Assembly: GCF_006345805.1 (NCBI RefSeq)
Contig: NC_042999.1
Span: 172,918,001-172,982,000, forward strand
DNA: 64,000 bases
Source: Octopus sinensis
Lineage: Eukaryota
Direction of reading: 5' to 3'
Part shown: positions 50,857-61,319 of the stretch, in pieces
Layout of the letters: the number at the start of each line of letters is the position of its first letter
Position numbering within the stretch: the first letter of the stretch is position 1
The notes under the pieces: model-generated
The model's database searches: none
The model's input: the letters and a program-made list of their open reading frames with translations, nothing else
What the model was told of the DNA's origin: nothing
Program-made: the position numbers and the translations under genes

Positions 50857-53800
50857 TTATATATTTAGTCTTTGACTATTTTCTCTTTTCCACTAGGCCG
50901 CTGGTAGCGATAAATTTCTATTGAATTTTTTGCTACCCTAAATTGACAAATATATATATATATATATATATATATTTCAGTAAGCGGAGTTAATATGTTT
51001 GAGACATTTGTCATTTCACTATGAAATGAATATTGAGAATTTGCAACAAGTTCTTTACATACACACAAGAATATCAAAACAAATATATGATTATCTACAT
51101 AATAAAGTTTTTATAGTAACACAAATCTTACTTACACAGCACTAGGTAATCAAATCAGTATTAAGCTGTATCACGGGCAATAATTAAACAAGTATGCTTC
51201 GTTCTATATAGGAAAGAATTTTCAACACTATAAGGGAGAATAACAAGTTTCTGAGCTGGCAGAATAATTTTCGCATAGCGTTGCATCTTCAGGCACTTTC
51301 ACTCTCTCAGATACAAAAAACAGATCTTAAAGCGAAAATATTCAGTACAGAATTTTGATGCTAGCGCATACGTGCACACTTAGAGTGCAATGGATATTGT
51401 AAATAAGCACTACGGTCTGCAAAATTGTTTCTTTTTTGTTTTAAAGGTAAATATTTATTTTTGAAGCCGAAACCTCAAGCATATGATTTGGAATTCAAAT
51501 CTTAACCATAATATGAATGCAATATGATAGTTTATTTGCAAATAGATACAACACTCACACGCGCATACAAACGTACACGCACACACACATACGTACAAAC
51601 ACTCACAAATACATGAAGACTGACACATCACAGCAGGCAAACATTTACCTTATATATCATATTGTTTCCCGTATGATTGTACTCACATTTCATGAGAATA
51701 TTGAACGTATCTACGATATGGAGAGTTGCAGTTCCGTACAAAATATTTTTGTATACTTCTATATATGATATATTGTAAAACGTGGATTCTCACTCTCCCC
51801 TTTTCTGTCTCTCTCTACCCTTCTTTAGTTTTTCAGGCTACAAACACACACACTCACAAACACGCACAGAGAGAGAGACGTACCCGTACACACAGATAAA
51901 CATGCACTCATAAACATATATATATATAAAGGAAGACAATTATACATGTAATCAGAAGAGCAAATTTAGCAGAAAAATGTGAAAATATGAAGCGATAGCC
52001 GCAGCGGAAGATGCGTACACGAACATATATGGCCAATAAAAGAAACAGAAAGGAATCTAAAGATTCGTGTTACACCTTTCATCGAGAAAAGTAAACTATA
52101 CCAAATTTATCTCTGTTTACATGGCAAACCTGATGTATGAAAATTACTTTACATCTGCTAGACACACATTTAACATATAACATAACTACTGTTTTCAATT
52201 ACACTTGTTTATATTTCCGTAGAAGTACAACTTGTATATAAATATAAATGCGTTCTTATCTATACATATATGTATCGAATTACAATATATATCTTAACTA
52301 AAGTATGTGTCACTATATACTATATCATCTGCACAGAGAATACATGTATAATCAAATCCAGATCTACCATATAATGGATATCTGTCTTCCCTTCGTAAAC
52401 ATATATAGCTATTATAACTCCAATACAAATGGTTTCTAGATTCTCGACAGTAAACTTGTATTTTTGTATTGCGTAATATAACTAGCATTTGATCATATTT
52501 CTGAGTATATTGCTTCCCGTTCCAGAATAATTTCTTTAATATGCACACATTAATATATTTATTTAATATACTCCCAACTATTATACAATCGTAACAATAC
52601 ACCATTTCCTAATACATGAATCCCTTTTCTAATTATTTGCCTTTATTATGCATTAAGTGACAGATTATATTTCATTGCATGCAGTTATATATTATTTATT
52701 ACTCTTCGTTTATTTTTCATAGCCGTTTGTTTTTATTTTTCTAAATCCTTAAACATATACGTTTAGAGAACAGAATGAGAAACGAAAAGTGAAATCAATT
52801 ATATATAATTATAGCATACTTAATGCATTGAGTTGCAGGCATTCTATCTCAATTTCATCTATGTATAACTTTCAAAACAAATAATGACGACGCTCACATA
52901 CACACATGTGTGACTGCTTGTCTGTCAGTACGTGTGTTCTGCACAAAAGGTAAAAAAAGAGTATTTATTTTATTAATCATTTATTACTTCCAACCAGTCA
53001 ACTGTGTCAGTTCGGAAAACAAACTACTAGAATTATTATTCGATTTTGTACATTACAATACTTATTTCAGTAAGGCTCTTATTCTTTTATTCCAGATTAC
53101 ACGACATAAATGCCAACAAAACGTGACACAGATAGACACTCATGCAAACCGAAGTACCTAGATGTGTACAATGGGCTTCTGCATATTTTATGCCTAATAT
53201 ATGCCAACATCAGTTAGTTGATCAGCTTGAGGCTATAGTTGAAATTATGTGTGCAAGCTGCTGCGCATGAAGACGAAACCGGACCACGCGTTTGCAAGCC
53301 AATATTTTTAACTACGTGCTAATAAATGCACACACACACTTGCATTGGTTATCTTCAATCATTCCTCTTAGGCCATTTTTGTTTTTAATAAAACCCTGGT
53401 CATAAATTATCATTGGTGACTCTGGTTAAAATGTCTGTGTCTGTTGCTGTAGTCAAAGTAGAATAACGCTGTGATGATGAAGCCTAAAAAATTAGAAACG
53501 CGCTGACATATCCATTTTTTTCTTCAGAAAAATATGTTTGTTTTCTTAATATTATTTGAATTCCGAAACATTTCGAGATTATTTTCTCCTCTTAATTAGC
53601 GTCTGTTGCAATTGCCTCTGGTTGCTTGCTTACTGTTTAAAGAAACGCAAATAATTCTAAGAAAGGAAGAGATTATATTTTACGTCATTTAGTACAATTT
53701 TCATTGTCCTTACACAAATTCATGCCACCAGCTAGATTGAGTTATTTCTTTTAACTCATTCATTCACATACCCAGGCCTGCACGATCATATACATTCGTA

Positions 53801-54057
53801 TATATATATATAAATATATATATATAATTATAAGATATTTTATAAAATTTACCTATGAGGTTTTTATTTCCGCGCTGACTACCTGTAAAATCATTAATGA
53901 TTTTTAACCTTTATTATAATATATATATGTGTGCGTGTGTGTATGTATGTATGTATGCATGCATGCATGTATGCATGCATGCATGCATGCATGTATGTAT
54001 GTATGTATGTATGTATGTAGTATGTATGTATGTTGTATGTATGTATGATTGTATGTA

Positions 54058-54097
<40 letters not shown>

Positions 54098-54139
54098 AAT
54101 GTAAACTCAAGATTGCAATATTTCATTAAAAAAACAGAA

Positions 54140-54728
54140 TTATATTTGTCACTAAATGTGACTAGGGTGTTAAAAAACACCTAAATTGTTAGAAATAAGA
54201 GTTAAAATGTTCTAATGAATATATATATACACTGACAGGGACCATAATTGTCTGAAAAATACCGACCAAGAATTCTTGATTGATACATCAGTTTCGGCAA
54301 TTTCCGTTGCCACCATCAGTTAGACCAGCAATAGAGAATTTTAGCACTCTTTCTATCAATATAGGTGTTTTTAGCACACTACTCACATTTAGTGACAATT
54401 ATAATCCTCCTCTTTGGTGAAATACTACTACCTGCTGTCTACAATAATTTTATGTATACACATTAACGAATCGCTAAATCATTCATTAATTTGGATGACC
54501 AAAACATATATACTAACAGAGAAACAGGTCGGAAATATCCAAACACCGAACTGGGAAAGGACACTGCCGAAACTGATGCGTTAGTCGTAAGAATTCTCGG
54601 TCGCTATTTTTCGGACGCTTATGATCCCTGTCAGTGTATATCTTTTATTCATGTGAGTTAACTACAACATTAGAGCATTTTAGCGCTTCTTTCTAGCAAT
54701 GTAGGTGCTTTTCAAGACCCTAGTCACA

Positions 54729-54732
<4 letters not shown>
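54140..54732. mobile_element. Penelope-like non-autonomous element with inverted and direct terminal redundancy and hammerhead-like motifs
   Basis: 54140-54320 (minus) and ~54545-54732 (plus) are diverged inverted copies; segment 54328-54392 recurs at 54667-54732 (offset ~340); minus strand reads CTGATGG-t-ggcaa-cggaaa-ttgcc-GAAAC-tgat-GTA. Confidence 0.7.
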
Positions 54733-54796
<64 letters not shown>

Positions 54797-54950
54797 GATA
54801 AGAAAGTTGGTTTGTGAAAGCACGTGGGTGAATATATAAAAAATAGTAAATATATAAAAAAATTTTCAAATATTCTTCAGACATATTGACGCAAATATAT
54901 ATATTTTTTAACATTTAAGCCTTCTGTCGTTTTTTCACTCTTTACTATTT

Positions 54951-54982
<32 letters not shown>

Positions 54983-54984
54983 AT

Positions 54985-55024
<40 letters not shown>

Positions 55025-55067
55025 GTGTGTGTGTGTGTATATGTGAATATATATATGTATATGTATA

Positions 55068-55110
<43 letters not shown>

Positions 55111-55220
55111 CCTGCTCGATTAGCGAGCGGGGTGGCGTCGTTCGAAGGCTAAAACAATGAGATCGCAATGTGACCAGCGATGTGTAGCAACATCTGATGG
55201 TCTGGTCGGTCATGTGATCC

Positions 55221-55267
<47 letters not shown>

Positions 55268-55274
<7 letters not shown>

Positions 55275-55669
55275 TACGAAGTCATGTAGCTACTGTTACA
55301 TCTCACTCAGAGATTTATTATTGCTTGTTTCTCCTTTTTCGATATCAACGACGGTTTGTCAGTGGAAAATCATATAGTATTTTGCGTTTGGAATTAGTAC
55401 TCATCCCTGGCTTGTGATTGTCACACGCTGATCACGTAAGGCTAGAGATGTGCATCACGTAAGGCTAGAGTTGGGAACAATGATTTCCATTAGCAAATAC
55501 TGATCGGACACAGACAGAGTGTCATTAGCCAGCTGGAGGAGATGTCTTCCTGGACCTATAAACAACAGTAGCATCGTCCCGTATGGGTCAGCCACATTTA
55601 GGTGGCGAATATAATTCACGATGTCATGCTACTACTGTTTACATCTCGCCCAGAGATTTATTATTGCTT
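55268..55669 (+). mobile_element. ~400-bp microsatellite-embedded element with ~60-bp direct terminal repeats (offset 343) and a hammerhead-like fold
   Basis: 55268-55326 resembles 55609-55669 (both end cagagatttattattgctt); catcgt/acgatg and gccac/gtggc stems. Confidence 0.65.
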
Positions 55670-55672
55670 ATG

Positions 55673-55735
<63 letters not shown>

Positions 55736-55905
55736 TGTGTGTGTGGTGTGTGTGTGTGTGCGTGTGTGTGTGTGTGTCTATGTGTGTGTGTGTCTGTGTC
55801 TGTGTGTGTGTGTCTGTGTGTGTATGAATGTACATATATTTGTATTTATATATATATGTATGTTTATACACGCGCACACACTCACACACACACACACACA
55901 CCCAA

Positions 55906-55983
<78 letters not shown>

Positions 55984-56564
55984 AAGAATGTGGAACTGTA
56001 TAAGTATGTATATTTTAATCGAGACCATGCCGCAGCAATTCATGCAAGAGGAAGTGTCTATCCACGTTATTTATTTTATTCTATTGATATTTTGTTTATC
56101 TGTATGGTCACTTTTCTGCACAAAGCAAATACTAATAATATGGTTTCTATGTTAGTATACATTCTGATATTTTCTTGTACAACTCTCCTAGTCTCCGAAA
56201 CATCGCTCCTTCTCTATCTTTCTTTTAATCTCTTTTTCGATCATGTGCGTTATTTCACGTTCTCTCGGATATTAAATCTAACTTCTCTGGAAGACTAAAT
56301 CTCCTAATAAAAAAAAACACTTTTATTCTACGCTTCATTTACAAAACACTTTATTAGAATTAATCCTAATTTACAGCTATCCTAGACGCGTAAAGCATAG
56401 GAATATATATTACGAAGAGAGAACATTATATGATGCAGATACGCTCACATTTACACATATTTATGTGGAGATACTGAGTCTCATACTCACACACATACGC
56501 CCCCCACACACACATACGAAGGAACATACACAAACGCATACATTATACATAAAAAATTCAATGA

Positions 56565-56680
56565 TATATATATATATATATAGATAGATAGATAGATAGA
56601 TAGTTAGACAGACAGACAGTTATGTAGATAGACCGACAGACAGACAGATAGACAGATAGATAGACAGATAGACAGATAGA

Positions 56681-56712
<32 letters not shown>
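56565..56712. repeat. (GATA)/(GACA) microsatellite
   Basis: Directly visible. Confidence 0.95.
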
Positions 56713-57364
56713 GATTAAGCACACTCATATGCCAGTGTGTGTACGTTTTTGTGTGCTTCTGTTTTGTTTATTCTACTTGTAATCTATAAATGTTCTTTAT
56801 GTGTACAAAGATAAATTTATTAGTGGCGGCTTTAATATTGCTTTTGCCTGCTTTCTCTGCAATTTTAGTCAACGCAATATTAAAGAGCAAATATTAAGTA
56901 ACGGCAAGCAGAAGAGACATAATGATTTAAAGCAACGAGATGCTTGATAAAACTGGCACTGTTTACTTGCTAATATGTTTATTATTCCTCTAGCTAGACT
57001 AATTAGTCAATTATAACATATAGAGTGGGTGGCTGTGGTAGTATTAGTACAGTGTTGAATAGAGACATTAAGGTTATTATCATTGTGAAAGGAATAGCGT
57101 TACTGTGTCACATGAAATGCTGGCTGGGCCCTATACTGAGTGATAGTTGGTGGTGCTTTTATGCGTATTGGTTGATGTCTAGAGCCAAGTAAGATGTTGT
57201 AGAGAGGACGTATTTTCTATGTGATTCCGATCTTGATCATCCTAGCTTTTCTGAGTTATCATTATATTGATGTGTCGTTCACTTTTCACTATGTTATGAT
57301 GTGTTTTGACGGAAAATTGTATGGAATCTGTAGCGGCTGGCGAAATTATTTGCCTGTGTATAAG

Positions 57365-57388
57365 TATATATATATATATATACATACA

Positions 57389-57428
<40 letters not shown>

Positions 57429-57539
57429 TATATATATATTACATACATACATACATATATATATATAATATATATATATATATCTATATATATATAATAT
57501 ATATATATAAAATATATATATATACATACATACATACAT

Positions 57540-57581
<42 letters not shown>

Positions 57582-57590
57582 TATATATAC

Positions 57591-57648
<58 letters not shown>

Positions 57649-57680
57649 TATATATACATAATATATATATATATATATAT

Positions 57681-57711
<31 letters not shown>

Positions 57712-57752
57712 ATATAATATATATACATACATACATACATATATATATATAT

Positions 57753-57785
<33 letters not shown>

Positions 57786-57796
57786 TATATACATAC

Positions 57797-57829
<33 letters not shown>

Positions 57830-57897
57830 CATATATATACATACATACATATAATATATATATATATATATACATATATATACATACATACATACAC

Positions 57898-57929
<32 letters not shown>

Positions 57930-57980
57930 TACATACATACATACATACAGATATATATATATATATATATATTATATAAT

Positions 57981-58028
<48 letters not shown>

Positions 58029-58135
58029 ATATATATATATTATATATACATACATACATAAAACCTTTCTAAGTTATTCTAAGTTACATATATATATATA
58101 TAATATATATATATATATATTATATATATATATAT
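57365..58135. repeat. ~770-bp compound (TA)/(CATA) microsatellite
   Basis: Directly visible; explains the long YI/YV ORFs at 57221-58059. Confidence 0.95.
58060..58086 (+). mobile_element. 27-bp 3' terminus of the CR1-group LINE
   Basis: aaaacctttctaagttattctaagtta versus aaaacatttctaagttattctaagtca at 34421-34447 (25/27 identical). Confidence 0.7.
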
Positions 58136-58604
58136 AATGTACTGAGCCGTGATAGAATATTCAACAGAAAATGTACTCTATCTAGTGAGAAATAAATATT
58201 ATTTAAAGTTCACAATACATGTATTAAAACGCTACTATTTCATATACTGAAAGAACTCAAATATATGCTTCAGGGGCTAACAACATATCATAACGAACTA
58301 AAAAAAATTGAATAAATAAAAGAAACGCGACGAAGCTGAGAAGGCAGCATATAGAAAACGCAGACAGTAAACAAAGGAAAACGAAAAGTGCAAAACGAGA
58401 CTAGAATGTCAAAAGTTAAAAAGTGCTATCCTCCTTAGGCCTTAAATGACGAAGGCCGGAAGATATCAAGTTAATCAGGAATAGGCGGAATTTTCCAATT
58501 CTTCAGAATATATTTATATATATGCATGCAGCCACTTAAAATTTCTGGCCTGGAGTTCACTAGAGCGTAAGGGGTCTTAGATCTGAACGTCGTCTGCGCT
58601 CTTT

Positions 58605-58695
58605 TGTTATCATACGTGGTTTGCGCCTGAAGAATATGTTTGATTTCTCTTAACATATGAAACTATTTGTAGCGCTTTAATAATGTATTGTGACA
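58605..58695 (+). ncRNA. Type I hammerhead ribozyme with complete core (HHR-1)
   Basis: Helix I gcgc(58623-26)/gcgc(58672-75); CTGAAGA 58627-33; helix II atatgtt/aacatat; GAAAC 58659-63; loop tattt; GTA triplet 58669-71; distal helix I gttatcatacg/tgtattgtgac beyond an internal loop. Confidence 0.82.
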
Positions 58696-58929
58696 TTTAA
58701 ATAATAATAATAATGATAATATATATATTATATAATGAGTGTGTGGAGCAATAATTGTGTCGAACGAACCACTATCCCCCACCTCCTTTCGGCTCGATGA
58801 ACTAGGAAATGAATCTGAAGTTTTGCCATACCGATTGTTACTCAACAAATGGATCACTCATCAATTAGTTACTTCTCTGCATTTTGAGAAATTGCCTGGC
58901 GATTTCTCTTTGTGTTTTCATGTTTGGAT

Positions 58930-58981
<52 letters not shown>

Positions 58982-59026
58982 TGAGTGTATTTTTACCTTG
59001 TTAACAATTATTGACGAGTTTCGTTT

Positions 59027-59121
59027 TTTTCACTTTCCTGAAGAGAAGATTGCATTGTTTATACCATTTATTCTGTTGAATAGTATCAGTGGAATTTTCG
59101 AAACATGTGTCGAAAGTAAAA
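59027..59121 (+). ncRNA. Type I hammerhead ribozyme with complete core and 55-nt helix II (HHR-2)
   Basis: Helix I actttc(59032-37)/gaaagt(59112-17); CTGAAGA 59038-44; helix II gaagatt/aattttc with G10.1-C11.1; GAAAC 59100-04; atgt; GTC triplet 59109-11. Confidence 0.88.
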
Positions 59122-59157
59122 ATTTGATTTACACCTGCGTTAAACTCCATTTATTTA

Positions 59158-59209
<52 letters not shown>

Positions 59210-60089
59210 TGGATTATATATAAATATATATACGTATATATGAATGGGACCAGATGCGATTTATCGCTCTTCTGTATAACTTCAAGCTATTTTAACACCA
59301 GGCGAATTGATGAGAATATATTCTCCTACACTTGCAAGCGCAGCCTACCATGAACTAGGGATACACATGCTTTGTGTAAATATATATTCGATATTGTTTA
59401 TATATATATATATATGCATGTATATGTGATTGAGTGGGGAAATGAATACAGTGACACTCCTCTCATAGACCTCGGTTTCTTGCATTCTGATATGATCGAC
59501 ACAAACTTCCGTTGTTTGTATAGATAGAGACGTCGTGCAACAGAAGTATTTTATTCTAGCAATTTCCTCAATATATAATAGACACACTTCTCCACATTAC
59601 GAGCCAAATTGTACGTCAGATTAAATTCTCGAAGGAACGGACTATTATGATGATCCTCATCGATATCAATTAATCCAAAAATGTATTCATACAATTGTGT
59701 GATGATTTAATTTATCGATCGGAGCGGATAATATAAGACTTCTTGTACTTTTATCTATGTCGTTATGACCTATAAAGTTTGAAACTAAGGGAGATGTTAA
59801 CCATGCTAGGCCTTTAAATAGCTGAGCATCATTCAATTAATCCACCATCCATACAATATAGATATTCTATAGAATATCCTACCAAAGAAAAGACAAATTT
59901 ATTATAATTCTAGTCAGTTGAGTGTGTGTGTGTGTGTGTGTGAAAGAGAGGAAGAGAGAGAGAATATGTATGCAAATGAACAAAAGAGTAAAATTAAGAC
60001 ATGATGTAGATATTTTATTCGTGATTTACTTTAATTTCTCAAACAACATGGTGACTACATGGAAGTTATTTACCCCATAGATATACAGT

Positions 60090-60345
60090 CACATGTCTGG
60101 CTGTGTAGTAAGAAATTCTCTTCCCGACCATATGGTTCAGGATTTAGTCCCACTGCGTGGCACCTTCAACGTGTATCATCTACTAGAGTCTTTGGTTGAC
60201 CAAAACTCTGTGACTGGAATTGGTCGGCGGAAACTGAAAGAATCCCGTTTTAAATTGTGTGGGCGCGCGTGTGTGTGGGTGTGTATTTCTATGAGAGTTT
60301 TTCTTTTTTCTGTGTTTGTCCCCTCTCAACCGGTGTCCCAGCATG
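60090..60345 (+). mobile_element. Degenerate SINE family A, 5' portion
   Basis: tggctgtgtagtaag..catatggttcagg..tcccactgcgtggcacctt..cggaaactgaaagaa. Confidence 0.75.
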
Positions 60346-60394
60346 ACTACAGTTTAATAACTAAAACAAGAAAAAGACGAACATATGTATAAGA

Positions 60395-60440
60395 AAGATA
60401 TACATATATACATATACATTTACACACACACACAACTCCC

Positions 60441-60520
<80 letters not shown>

Positions 60521-60532
60521 ATATATATATAT

Positions 60533-60624
<92 letters not shown>

Positions 60625-60636
60625 GTATGTATATTT
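60395..60636. repeat. Compound (TA)/(CATA)/(TATG) microsatellite
   Basis: Directly visible. Confidence 0.9.
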
Positions 60637-60813
60637 TATAAAAGGTCTGATTTCCTCTTCCGCAGAATAAAAGAATTCACACCACGTAATATTTACTAAT
60701 TTTCCTGACACAAACGCAATCCCAAACACCCGTCCGAACAAAACCAACTGAACGGACTGGCTTTATGTTCCACACAAAATTGCTATAAGCCTTGCCCAAG
60801 TTGTACTCTCTCA

Positions 60814-60845
<32 letters not shown>

Positions 60846-61277
60846 CTTTCCCCTTCTTTCTTCGTCTTCCACCCTATCTTCCTCTGAGCAGCAACCATTT
60901 TAAAAATTGTTTATGCTATTCCTGCTCTCTAAACGTTATAATAACAATTCTTCAAACCTATAGCGACTCACTTTTGCGAATTGTACTGGCTGCTGGTGTG
61001 CCATACCAGCTTTGGCAGCTACAATTCAATAGACTTTCATTACTGATTTTGTTCGATCTTCCAAGCATTACGCTAAAAGTTCTCCGACACTTTTTTGTCA
61101 CATATCAGTTGTCTGCAATACCAGTCTCATATGTCTTACCTGCAGTCATCAACTATAGAATGTTAAGCTTCATGCAAAATTATTAACAAGACATTACGTT
61201 TTCTTACAACAGCTCTGATGTACATATAAATCCATACGTTCGAACACACAACACACAGATGTATATGTATGTATGTA

Positions 61278-61319
<42 letters not shown>

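Noticed and set aside
51262-51298. Minus-strand CTGAAGA-t-gca/tgc-GAAA motif
   Set aside because: Helix I fails to pair and the region overlaps a decayed SINE B head on the plus strand; may be chance.
52294-52605. ORF ending ILCADDIV, reminiscent of the RT (Y/F)ADD motif
   Set aside because: No other RT motif is recognisable; would need a profile search (Pfam RVT_1) to accept.
53468-53510. ATGATGA..ctaa/ttag..AAACGCGC, Penelope-end-like motif
   Set aside because: C3 and the cleavage triplet are non-canonical; insufficient support.
55323-55350. Alternative minus-strand hammerhead-like reading in the 55.3-kb element
   Set aside because: Needs several core changes and has no helix I; the plus-strand fold at 55564-55639 has better stems.
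57221-58059. Long ORFs rich in YI/YV/CV/HT here and at 9986, 26992, 30912, 34457, 55583 and 60361
   Set aside because: Translations of stop-free dinucleotide and tetranucleotide microsatellites; no coding signal.
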